From: Macrostomum lignano
Taxonomy: Eukaryota
Length of the DNA stretch: 64,000 bases
NCBI GenBank assembly: GCA_002269645.1
Contig: NIVC01001855.1
Span: forward strand, 124,001 to 188,000
Direction: 5' to 3'
Positions 11,557 through 24,729 of this stretch are shown piece by piece. The notes beneath the pieces were generated by a model. The model made no database searches and was not told the origin of the DNA. It saw only the letters and a program-made list of their open reading frames with translations. How positions within the stretch are numbered: the stretch's first letter is position 1; each line of letters opens with the position of its first letter. The translations under genes and the position numbers were made by a program.

Positions 11557-12093
11557 GAGCTCAGTAAGCTACATGTAATTGGCTCAGTAAGCTACATGTA
11601 ATTGGCTCAGTAAGCTACATGTAATTAGCTCAGTAAGCTACATGTAGTTAGCTCAGTAAGCTACATATAATTGGCTCAGTAAGCTACATGTAGTTAGCTC
11701 AGTAAGCTACATTTAATTAGCTCAGTAAGCTACATGTAATTAGCTCAGTAAGCTACATTTAATTGGCTCAGTAAGCTACATTTAATTGGCTCAGTAAGCT
11801 ACATGTAGTGGCTCAGTAAGCTACATGTAATTAGCTCAGTAAGCTACATGTAATTAGCTCAGTAAGCTACATGTAATTAGCTCAGTAAGCTACATGTAAT
11901 TAGCTCAGTAAGCTACATGTAATTAGCTCAGTAAGCTACATGTAATTAGCTCAGTAAGCTACATGTAATTAGCTCAGTAAGCTACATGTAGTTAGCTCAG
12001 TAAGCTACATTTAATTGGCTCAGTAAGCTACATGTAGTTAGCTCAGTAAGCTACATTTAATTGGCTCAGTAAGCTACATGTAGTGGCTCAGTA
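11557..12093. repeat. 23-bp minisatellite (GCTCAGTAAGCTACATGTAATTA)n
   Basis: About 23 units with a palindromic TACATGTA core. Confidence 0.95.
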
Positions 12094-12620
12094 AGGAACT
12101 AGGGTTAGCTTCATACTTAAGGTCAGACTAAATAAGGTAATTCACTTCATCACTTCCGTCTGAATGATGTACATGTCTCAATTAAAGGTCAGCCGATACA
12201 GGCATCCAGTTAGGCGTCATTCTTCTGAGGTAAATGCAAGCCTGCACAGGGTTGAAAAGCTGCAGTGAAATACAAAATTGCAAATGCTTAGTGCTAAGCT
12301 ATATGGATACTACACACGTGTTTTTATATGCACTAATTTATTTTTAGGCAGCCATACCATCAAAGCCCAGCCCCTCCAGCCTGTGTATAGAACGTCAAAA
12401 AATTAAATTGTCAAAAAACCCTGTCTTATTGCAAAAATTGAGCCCAGGGATGCACGAATCGACTTGAATTATTAATAAGCTGCAGTAAAATCCATGCCTT
12501 TATTAGGCACACCGCTCCGGCTCATTACACTGTCTGCAGCCACTTGTTTTAGAATTCCGTCCCATTGCTGCTGCTGCTGTTTAGGCAGTCTCCAAACTGT
12601 GAGTCCTAAGCCGTTTGAGT

Positions 12621-15600
12621 ATGCTACTCCGGAGGTTATATTCCACTCTCTGTGTTGCATCTGCTCTCGTGATCTTGAGTGCGAACCAACTGCGTAAGTT
12701 GCACATGCATCTAACCTATTATCTACCTGCCTACCTGCCTACGTACCTACCAACTTGCCTACCTTACCTGCCTACCTGCCTGCCTTAGTGCCTACCTGCC
12801 TACCTTACCTACCTACCAACCTATCAACCTAACAAAGAACCTACCTACCTAAATATCTCACAAGTGCATACTTATACCTGCTACCCAATTATCTATCTAC
12901 TTACCTACGTACCTACCATCCTGCCTACGTACACTTATCTACCTACCTCTACCTTCCTACCTGCATCTCTTTCTACTTTACATATTTATCTACATGCACA
13001 TGTACCTATTTACATCTACTTCATACCTAAATGTCTTGCGCAAAAACTAATCTAAAATCCGTGCAGAAAATTGAAAGTTGTCAATTACCTTAATTAGCTC
13101 AATTAACTACTTAATTATGGAATTAGCAATCAATCTCAATCTATAATAATTATCGAGTTTCAGTCACTCTGGTCCTGGCAGCCTCACCAACTCGATGCCG
13201 CAACTACCGCCTGTCAAGCAGCGCCTTGCTCGAGCTGGACTCAACAATCAGCAGCCAGGTGATCAATGTCACCAGCTTTGCTGGCAACCGGGAACTCGAC
13301 TGCGTAGCTCGCTGTCGACAACTGGGGTGCTCAGCCGCAGTCCTGACTGGCCAACTCTGCCAACTGGTGATCATACGCAACCTTGCAGACAGCCCGCCTG
13401 CCCACAGCTTCCAACATCGTCTACTCGGAAACTCCGGCAGCCAGGTGTGGCTGGAGGAGAATTTTCGAAATCTACTCGGTCAAAGCGTCTATATGAACTT
13501 TTCGAGTAAGAGATCTCAGAGAGTATGATATCCTATCCCGATATGATCCCATCCCGATATGATCCCATCCCGATATGATCCCATCCCGATATGATCCCAT
13601 CCCGATATGATCGCATCCCGATATGATCCCATCCCGATATGATCCCATCCCGATATGACCCCATCCCGATATGATCCCATCCCGATATGATCCCATCCCG
13701 ATATGATCCCATCCCGATGTGATCCCATCCCGATATGATCCCATCCCGATATGATCCCATCCCGATATGATCCCATCCCGATATGATCCCATCCCTATAT
13801 GATCCCATCCCGATGTGATCCCAATATGATCCCATCCTGATATGATCCAAAGCGCCGTACATGTGGGAATATTGATTACGTTTCACTTTGATCCCCATCT
13901 ACTTTGATCCCACTCTAATCTGATCCAATCGGCACACTCAGACAGCAGCACAGGTCGCACTGGCTCGGTTCAAACTGCCACCACACCCGTGGCTGGTTGC
14001 TACCTGCTGACCGCTCGCGGCGCCAAAGGCGGTCGAAGCTTCGAGGAGAACCAGCCCGGCGGTCTCGGCGCCATGGCGACTGGCAAATTTGTTTTCCCGA
14101 TCGGCGTCCAGCTGTCTGTAGTGGTCGGCCAGGCTGGAGGCGCCACCGGCAGCGCCGTCGGAAGTCGAGGCGGCGGAGGCGGCGGCGGCAGCTTTGTGTA
14201 CAGAGGCGCCACTGGCGACGGCGAACCAGCAAGGTTGTACCTGGCCGCTGGCGGGGGCGGCGGTGCCACATACTGGGCTGGCGGTGAGATTTTAAATGGG
14301 ATTTGGGATTTGGGGTTTGGGATTTGAGATTTGGTATCTGGGATTTGGGATTTGGGGTTTGGGATTTGGGATTTGGAATCTGGGATTTGGGATTTGGGGT
14401 TTGGGATTTGAGATTTGGAATTTGGGAGTTGGGATTTGGGATTTGGAATTCGGGAGTTGGAATCTGGGATTAGGGATTTGTGATTTGGGATTTGGAATTC
14501 GGGAGTTGGAATTTGGGATTTGGGAGTTGGGATTTGGGATTCGGGATTTGGAAGTAGGGATTTGGGATTTGTGATATGGGATTTGGGATTCGGGATTTGG
14601 AAGTAGGGATTTGGGATTTGTGATATGGGATTTGAGATTCGGGATTTGGAAGTAGGGATTTGGGATTTGTGATTTTGGATTTGAGATTTGGAATCTGGGA
14701 TTTGGGATTTGAGATTTGGGAATTGGGACTTCGGATTTCGGATTTTGAATTAGAGATTTGGGATTTGGTATTTGGAATTCGGGATTTGGAATTTGGAATT
14801 TGGGATTTGGGATTTGGGAGTTGGGATTCGGGATTTGAGATTTTAAATTTGGGAGTTGACACATGGGATTTTAAATTTTGGATTTGATTTTTGGACTAGA
14901 GAACCATACTGCTCGAACATCAGATTTGTAATTTAAGATTTTGCGTCTTAAAACAACTTTGAGGAGTAAAGAAAATGAGGTATGAGTGAGGCATAAGCCG
15001 AGAATAAGAATAAGGCCGTGAGAAGTATGAAGATGAAGATGTCACCGACTCCCTCGCCCCAGGCATGCACGGCACCAGCAGCAGCAACGGCAGCAACTCG
15101 CACGGCTCATCGACAGGAGACGGCTTCCACGGCGTGGGCGGCACACTCGGCCAGCCGGGGTTCAACGAACCGGCCAGCATGTCGACAGCCAGCCAGCTCG
15201 ACTTCAGCAACCACGGCGGCTGCGGCGCTGGCTGGGTCGTCGGCTCGCCGGTCAATCCGCGTCGGAGCGCCATCGACGGCGACGGAGGCGGCGGCCTCGC
15301 CAACGGCTGGCTTGGCGGCGTCGGCGGGTTCAACGGCTCGCTAGCTGGCAACCTCCGCGGCGGTGACGGCGGATTTGGCGGCGGCGGAGGCGGCGGCGGC
15401 TACACGACGGAGTCGGACGCGACGCAGGAGTGCTACGGAGCGGCGGGCGGCGGCGGCGGCTACAGCGGCGGCGGGGCCGGGCTGTACTACACCGACAGCG
15501 GCGGCGGCGGCGGCAGCTTCTGCGACGGCGGTAGCGGCATCGACTGTCAGATGTTGAGTGGCGACAGTGCTGTCGGCTACGGAGCTTCGGAGCATGGCAG

Positions 15601-15643
15601 TGTGTCGCTGCGGCTGCTGACTGCGAATGCGGGGTGCGATTGA
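12621..15643 (+). CDS. Secreted PAN/apple + ALK/LTK-type glycine-rich domain protein, about 445 aa, no TM or kinase domain
   Basis: Exons 12621-12693, 13164-13505, 13942-14283 and 15063-15643 (all phase 1, total 1338 nt, open). Signal MLLRRLYSTLCVASALVILSANQLLTLVLAA. PAN-like DCVARCRQLGCSAAVLTGQLCQL. Glycine-rich-domain motifs GSVQT, LTARGAKGG, LSVVVGQAG, GGGGGGSFV, LAAGGGGGA, GGFGGGGGGG, GGGGGYSGG, GGGGGSF and HGSV. Confidence 0.85.
12715..12990. repeat. Degenerate (ACCT)n array, intron 1 of the PAN/Gly-rich gene
   Basis: Direct reading. Confidence 0.8.
13525..13848. repeat. 16-bp minisatellite (CCCGATATGATCCCAT)n, intron 2
   Basis: About 20 units. The same 16-aa period in three frames confirms a 16-bp unit. 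Confidence 0.95.
14297..14890. repeat. Degenerate heptamer array (GGGATTT)n, intron 3
   Basis: Direct reading. Source of the PNPKSQI ORFs. Confidence 0.95.
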
Positions 15644-16314
15644 TTAAATTGAGGATTACAGGGGAATACTGCTAAGAAAATTGATGGTCTCAAATCCCAG
15701 ACACTTAAAATCCCAAAGAACTTCCGATTACAGGTAATATCGATCCCGAATAACCCCTATCACATATAATCCCCGACTCTGAATAATTCCTAACCCCAGA
15801 TAATCCCCAACGCACGATAATCCCCAATCACAGATATTCCCCAACTCTAGATATTCCCGAACCCCAGATAATCTTCAATCAAAGATAATCTTAAGCCCCC
15901 CTGATCATCCTTAATATCCCTGATAATCTAAACTCCTGGACCTATAGTTGCAAATCTAACATATTTCTGAATCTGAGATAATCTCAATTCCTAGGTAATC
16001 CCATAACTTCGATAACATTTAATTTCAGATAGACAGCCCTATCGAATCGAAGAGTCTCGGGGTACTCAATCCCAGATGAAATTCAAAATCCAAATCGTTG
16101 CATAGATGACCCATATCTGACCCCGGATTGACAATTATGAATGTATGGATATGTACGTGTATGAGCTCACTAAGTTCTACATGTACATGATCTCTACATG
16201 TGCTCAAAAAAATTATAAATGTCCAAATTCTATTTATTTTTTTACATTGAACATTTGCTTGTAAATTATAAAATAGTTTTCTATTCATCCGCTTACGTCT
16301 TTATGAACAAATTA

Positions 16315-16378
16315 ACTCAAGTACTCAAGTACTCAAGTACTCAAGTACTCAAGTACTTAAGTACTCAAGCACTCAAGA
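16315..16378. repeat. (ACTCAAGT)n octamer run
   Basis: About 7 copies. Confidence 0.85.
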
Positions 16379-16639
16379 CCTTGCGATTATGTCTTTATGA
16401 TGTTTTATTGAAATAAAAGTCTTTAAGATAGTTGTAATCTATATACTTGAATATAGCTGTGTGGATATATTTTATGGTCATGGTTAAGCTGTACTATGCT
16501 ATCTAGCATATCGACATATATTTTATTCCACTTGTAAATCCTTCTAAGTTGAGTCCACATCTAAGTTGCAATTTGCTTCAGTTTCGTCAGGCTTGCCTTC
16601 AAGCTTGAGCAGTGATGATGACGGGCAAGAGGAGGGATA

Positions 16640-17110
16640 GGGAGAATCGGTTTGGGGAATTTGACGGTTATTGTGTACATTCGGAACACATAAGGAGCTT
16701 TACCTTCCTTGCATATCGATCAGAAGACAATGGAAAGTCAGGCATGGAGATTCGGCTAGGGAAACTAAACAACATCTGGGCAGCAAAAAACATCCACATG
16801 AAAATAAAATGCTGCTAATGAGCTCGTTAGCCACGGCAACTATTCTCTCTCTCTCTCTCTGCGTGTGAGAGCTGGACAATGGAAAAGAAAAAGCGACTGA
16901 GAGCTTTCTAGATGAAGATCTACAGAAGGATGCAGGGCATTTCCTGGAAGGAGAAAGTGGATCTGATCAAAAGAAGGAAATTCCGTTTCGCCGGGCACGT
17001 TGAGAGGAGCGATGAAGTGCTGAAGGCTGTGGTTGAAGGTGGTGGGTGTTGCTCAGGGACAGAGGGGCAGAGGCAAGGGTCACAAGGTGGCTGGACAGGC
17101 AGTAGAGTGG
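16640..17110 (+). mobile_element. Decayed RTE-clade non-LTR retrotransposon fragment (C-terminal part of the RT ORF)
   Basis: Across frames: FTFLAY.SEDNGKSGMEIRLGKLNNIWAAKNIHMKIK ... CESWT ... RLRAF*MKIYRRMQGISWKEKV ... IKRRKFRFAGHVER ... VLKAVVEG. This matches the characteristic RTE post-RT motifs (LYGCESWT, RRILxISW, WAGHVxR). Confidence 0.8.
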
Positions 17111-17751
17111 ACAGAGTCTGGTTCAGCTGAGCAGGATGGCTATGGATCTGATGATGATGATAATACATGTACATTACTGCTACTTTCATTATTATACGAG
17201 CGTACTATGTATGCAAAACAAAAAACCTATGGGTGCAAAAAGCAAGTTGACAAGGACCACTAGACGACCGCGCCGTTCACCGATGGCTGAGCCGCTGCAC
17301 TGGAACAGCTGGATCCGGGTCTCCAGCCTGTACGAAGATCGCAGACGCCACTCTCTCGAGCTTTCCTGCTGCTGGCGAGGGGTGGGCGCAGCAACAAGGC
17401 AAACACCCGTAATGTTTTTAGCACCTGCATCGATCTATCTTTCAACTGTTGATATGCATTTAGACACAGAAATTTAATTGATTATCCTTCAAATGCAAAA
17501 GCATCCATTAATTTGCATTTCTGCCTGTATCCAAAGCAAACAGAGAGAGAGAGACAAAAATCTGACCTAATTATGCCAGTTAAAACGCCATCACAAGCAG
17601 GCATTTCAGCCCCTTTAGGAATTAATCTGTCACAGTTAAAATCTGATTATTATTGACTCAACAATCAATTAGTCCGTCTGGAGCAGCTGTATATTAGCGG
17701 AAAAATTTCTCCTATTTCTGCAACAATCTCTCCTGGAAGCAGCAGATCGAC

Positions 17752-18772
17752 ATGTCGCTCGCCAAGGACTTCGCGGCCCCGCTGCTGGCCTGCCTTCTGC
17801 TCTCCTTTGTCGTCCTGCCGCCGGCCGCCTCCACCGCCTACCTGCCCGCCTTCTGGCGGCCCTGCCTCCGCCAGTCCCTGGCCGCCTGGGCCCTGCCCGC
17901 TCCCGCAGCCTCCCCGCTCGAGTGCGTCATCCGGGCCCGCTGGCAGCCGCTGTCGGGCGTCGGGGTGGTGCAGCGGCACCGGCGCAGCTCCGCCTGCTCG
18001 CTGTTCCTGTTCAGCCGAGTCTGCCACCTGCTCAGCCTGAGCAGCCCGCCCGACGACCCCGCGCTGGGCTCGGCCGACTGCGAGATGTTCGTGGACTCCG
18101 AGTTGGACGCCCTCGTCGCCAACCGGCACTTCGCCGCCGTGTGGGTCGGCAACCGCGGGCTCGGCTGGAAAATCTGGTCTGCGACGCCCGCGGCCAGAGG
18201 AACTCCGTTGAGCACGACGGGGTCGCCTGGGCCAGCGACGGCGCCAGGATGGACGGCGCTACGTCGCGGGTGACGGACACGCGGGGCCTCGACTTCAACA
18301 GCAGCTTCACCTGGCTCATGGAGGTCAGCAGGACGCCTGAAGTGAACGTCTTCATCAAGCTGACCGACTGCAGCAGCTTTACAGAGTACTGGCTGCACCT
18401 GTGGGAGTGGGGCTACAGCAGCCCCAAGGACACCAGGCGGCTGTACATCCAGAACGGACACCGCAGCCTCATGTCCAAGCAGCAGATTCTGCCATCGGTT
18501 CTGCCTTCGACGTCTCAGACGTGACGGGCAAGTCCAAGCTGTACTTTAATGGCGCCTTCCTGTCCGACAGTGACGTCACTCTCTAAAACGATAATAACAA
18601 CAATCGCACTGCCGACTTCTGCATCAAAATTGGTTGGCGATATTTCAACGACCCGTTTGGAAGGCTGGCCGGCACAGTGAAGACGGTGGCCATGGCTAAC
18701 AAGTACCTGACTGAGGATGTCATCATACTCCGATTTAGTAATCCACCTACCAGTTATTTTCAATCCATCTAA
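17752..18772 (+). pseudogene. Intronless secreted PAN-like + LamG/concanavalin-A-like domain gene with 2 frameshifts and 1 internal stop
   Basis: Signal MSLAKDFAAPLLACLLLSFVVLPPAAST. Frameshift near 18165 into NLVCDARGQRNSVEHDGVAWASDGARMDGATSRV...FTWLMEV. Frameshift near 18495 into FDVSDVTGKSKLYFNG. TAA at 18584-18586, then the same frame continues IKIGWRYFNDPFGRLAGTVKTVAMANKYLTEDVI to the stop at 18770-18772 (LamG closing strands). Confidence 0.7.
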
Positions 18773-19257
18773 TCCCACCTATGATGGATTTTTGCCTCCA
18801 ACCCATCTGCAAAGCGTAACAATTCTGATCCTCTAATCTCATCTGTGGATTTTGACGTCTTAATTCACCAGCTTTTGTTTTAATTCCGTAGTCTATTTGC
18901 ACATTTTATCCCAAGTCAAAGAATATTGGATTTTTTGGTTCAGGTGAAAAATCTTTTAAGCAGCTTTAATTATCTCTTGGTGTGCGATGCAAGTTATATT
19001 ATTTTTGCCTTAGTTTGTTTTATTTTATTCTATACATTTTTAACTAGAGAAAATTTTGAAAATATTTTATTACCACCCGTTATAAAACTTAACATTGTAG
19101 TTTCTTTACCGTGCCAGCGCACAACGTTTTTTTCTAACTAAATTTCACATTTCATGAAGCTATGAAAAAAATACACGGAATTTTCTTTAATCTAAATATT
19201 TATTTCTGTCAAGCAATCACTGTACTTCGATCTGTTAACGGTTCTGCAAGGATAATC

Positions 19258-20780
19258 GAGGTGTCAGCCGGGGTGTCAGTTGGTGTCAGTTGGATGCCAG
19301 TTGGGTGTCAGTTGAGCGTCAGTTGGGTGTTAGTTGAGTGTCAGTTGGGTGTTAGTTAAGTGTCAGTTGGGTATCAGTTGGGCAGGGGCGTAGCCAGAGG
19401 GGGGGCAAGGGGGGCCGCGGCCCCCCCCCAATCACCAACTCTGGCCTTGGCGCCCCCCCCCCCAGAACTGCGCTTTGCCGCCCCTTTGAAAATGCTGCCG
19501 CTTTCCTGGCGCCCCCCCCATAAATAAACTGCCCTCCCCCTAAAAAAACTGCCCCCCCCTGAAACTGGCGCCCCCCTATAAGAAACTGGCGCGCCCCCCC
19601 CCTATAAGAAACTGGCGCCCCCCCCCCCTATAAGAAACTGGCGCCCCCCCCCCCTATAAGAAACTGGCGCCCCCCTCTATAAGAAACTGGCGCCCCCTAA
19701 CTCACCGCGCCCCCCCCAATCAATATTCCTGGCTACGCCCCTGCAGTTGGGTGTCAGTTGGGTACCAGTTGGGTGTCAGTTGGGTGTCAGTTGGGTGTCA
19801 GTTGGGTATCAGTTGGGTGTCAGTTGGGTGTCAGTTGGGTGTCAGTTGGGTATCAGTTGGGTGTCTGCAGTTGGGTGTCAGTTGGGTGTCAGCTGGGTGT
19901 CAGTTAGGTGTCAGTTGGGTGTCAGTTGGGTATCAGTTGGGTGTTAGTTGGGTGTCAGTTGGGTATCAGTTGGGTGTCTGCAGTTGGGTTTCAGTTGGGT
20001 GTCACCTGGGTGTCAGTTAGGTGTCAGTTGGGTGTCAGTTGGGTATCAGTTAGGTGTCAGTTGGGTATCAGTTGGGTGTCTGCAGTTGGGTGTCAGTTGG
20101 GTGTCAGCTGGGTGTCAGTTAGGTGTCAGTTGGGTGTCAGTTGGGTATCAGTTGGGTGTCAGTTGGGTGTCAGTTAGGTGTCAGTTGGGTGTCAGTTGGG
20201 TATCAGTTAGGTGTCAGTTGGGTATCAGTTGGGTGTCTGCAGTTGGGTGTCAGTTGGGTGTCAGCTGGGTGTCAGTTAGGTGTCAGTTGGGTGTCAGTTG
20301 GGTATCAGTTGGGTGTCAGTTGGGTGTCAGTTGGGTATCAGTTGGGTGTCTGCAGTTGGGTTTCAGTTGGGTGTCACCTGGGTGTCAGTTAGGTGTCAGT
20401 TGGGTGTCAGTTGGGTATCAGTTAGGTGTCAGTTGGGTATCAGTTGGGTGTCAGTTGGGTGTCATTTGGGTATCAGTTGGGTGTCAGTTGGGTATCATTT
20501 GGGTGTCAGTTGGGTGTCAGTTGGGTATCAGTTGGGTGTCAGTTGGGTGTCAGTTGGGTATCAGTTGGGTGTCTGCAGTTGGGTTTCAGTTGGGTGTCAC
20601 CTGGGTGTCAGTTAGGTGTCAGTTGGGTGTCAGTTGGGTATCAGTTAGGTGTCAGTTGGGTATCAGTTGGGTGTCAGTTGGGTGTCAGTTGGGTATCAGT
20701 TGGGTGTCAGTTGGGTGTCAGTTGGGTATCAGTTGGGTGTCTGCAGTTGGGTTTCAGTTGGGTGTCAGCTGGGTGTCAGT
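19258..20780. repeat. 11-bp minisatellite (GGGTGTCAGTT)n with a 372-bp higher-order duplication, interrupted by a MITE
   Basis: Direct reading. Near-identical repeat-derived ORFs at 19751/20123 and 19908/20280 are 372 bp apart. Confidence 0.95.
19383..19743. mobile_element. hAT-type MITE (361 bp) inserted in the 11-bp array
   Basis: 15-bp TIRs CAGGGGCGTAGCCAG / CTGGCTACGCCCCTG. 8-bp TSD CAGTTGGG (19375-19382, 19744-19751). Internal tandem AAACTGGCGCCCCCC(n)TATAAG. Confidence 0.9.
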
Positions 20781-21384
20781 TTCTCGAATTTAAGGAACTA
20801 TTTATTCCGACTCTGCTTTCTGACTGCATGTACAATTGTCCGATCAGATTAAGGAATTACAATTAGAAGGCCAGCGCGGCGCGGCAGCCCGAGGATCGCG
20901 ACTCGGACCTCGCGGCAAACTCAGGAAGTTGAGCTGCCGCCACAGGACATGAGGGCGTGGCCCGTCAGAGGCATCCTGATCTGTCGTGAGGCGTCTTGTG
21001 AGCTGCCTACTGCCTACTGGGACTTCGGCTTTTAGGTGCTTTTAGATGACGTCCTCTTTGATCCACAGAATCTCAAAAATTGGTGTACATGTAAAACTTG
21101 CTGTCATCTTAAATAAAACCAAATTTAAAGCAACCTGGCGATAAAACTACCTGTGTGCCCTTCAAATAATTTTGCAATATCTACGAGTGTTGCGTCCTGA
21201 TACAACGGTTACTTTTAGTGGTCCTTGATATATGATTGGTCACCGTTTAACGGACGGAATTGTTTATAAATGTATTTCAAATGGAACACGCTTAAGTAAA
21301 TCAAAGCTAGCATGCATTTATGTAAATTCATAATTGTTAAAATGTTCACTTTTTGAAGTTCTAAAAATCCAAGCCAAGCAGATG

Positions 21385-23183
<1,799 letters not shown>

Positions 23184-24164
23184 TTTTAATACACACAAAG
23201 GAACAAAGATATATATATTATTCAGTAATTCTACTAAAAAGAATGTTTAACACGTGCATTACAAAAAATCCTGCAAAAATGTCCGATCTTAATTTAACTT
23301 AAAAAACACAAACCACTCTAAAGCAGATAGCTTATTTTAAACATTTATTAGTATAAAAAGTTATTATTTATTAAGTCATCTTTAAGTACATAAATACAAG
23401 ATACCACAGTTTCTTTCTCTTTAAGTTTGTTGTATCGAGGTAAAAATAACGTTTTAAATCAGGGAAATATATGCGTTCGGCCAAATTTGATTAGCCTAAT
23501 ATTAAATGTTTATAGATATCTATCGCATAAAACAATATGATAACCTTATTATTTGCTGTTTAAAAATATTTCAAAGTTTTCGTATTATTCGTCGAACACC
23601 AATTAAACTACAACTCAGAAATCAGACTGCTAGGAGTGCTAGACTGCCTAAGATTGGCTGTTTTGCCTGAGCCACTTAGGCTAGGCCCTACTGCCCTGGT
23701 TTTCAATTTCACTAAAAGTTAATTTAAATTTAAAGTATATAAATTAATTTAATTAAACTCGGTTATTGAACCAATTATTTTTTGTGATTGTGATTCTTAG
23801 GAGCCTAACAACCTACCTGTAGGCCTAGCTGTAGGCTGTAGTAGGCCCCCTAGCAAGGCAATAAAGTCTAAGAAGTCAATTTTAGGCCCAAGGCTAAATA
23901 TTAAATATAGGCCTATAAATATATTTGAATTTATATTTCTTATATATTAAATATTTGACCCCCTTTCCAATTGAATTTTTCATCAAAAAAGTTAGGCCCT
24001 ATACATGAATGCTAAAAAATACAATTTTTAAAAACTGATTTGAAAAATAATTGGCCAGACCAAAGAGATAGTTCTCAAAAAATCAATGACAGACCAACTG
24101 ACTGGCTGACTGACTGACAAACAGCACAAAATTAGTATATAGATTTGTATACTAATAGATTTGT

Positions 24165-24729
24165 GGCAATCCTACACTTCCATTCAGTAAATTATTTTGA
24201 CACTGAATTTTGAACAGGCGTGTTAAATAACAATGTAACCAAACAAAACTGAAACAGTGGAACATGGTAGCAGTCTGTTAGAGTGCATAATCACTAAGTC
24301 ACTTAGAGTGTCTGCAGGTCATTAAGGTGTCTACAATGGATAATAATGTCCAATCTAGTACAGGATAGCCCCAAATGGACAATAGCCCCACTGCATTGCA
24401 GACAGCGTGTCCTGGGTGACGATGTGCAGATCCCGTAGTGACATGTTGAGATTGAGTAGCTTGGCGGTGTTTCGAACCTCGTTTAATGGGATGATGAACC
24501 CGGGTGCTGCAGGTCGCCCAGCCATGGCACTGAAGACAGGAAGATATGAGAAATTGAAGCTCAAAAAACAAGCAGCTCACAAGCAACAGCTTCCTTTAAA
24601 CTGACACCCTCCTTAAACTCTGTTCGCTCAAACTTTTGGCCATAGACACATTGCCAATCAACGTCATTTGACTTGGTGGTACGAATTCAAATGTTAAAAT
24701 AATTTACCGAACGGAAGTGTAGGATTGCC
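24165..24729 (-). mobile_element. Non-autonomous DNA transposon, 39-bp TIRs and 8-bp TSD, probably Merlin-like deletion derivative
   Basis: Ends GGCAATCCTACACTTCC... / ...GGAAGTGTAGGATTGCC, with 35/39 identity between arms. AGATTTGT is duplicated at 24157-24164 and 24730-24737. An internal minus-strand remnant MSLRDLHIVTQDTLSAMQW..GLL resembles a transposase N-terminus (weak). Confidence 0.65.

Noticed and set aside
11557-12093. CRISPR-like appearance of regular arrays (here and elsewhere)
   Set aside because: Head-to-tail units without unique spacers, no cas genes, and the sequence is eukaryotic.
12472-12660. Minus-strand ORF QHREWNITSG...
   Set aside because: It overlaps the better-supported plus-strand signal-peptide exon (12621-12693) of the PAN/Gly-rich gene.
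20870-21010. GC-rich patch possibly the 3' end of an RTE LINE
   Set aside because: Only a vague peptide resemblance, too weak to call.
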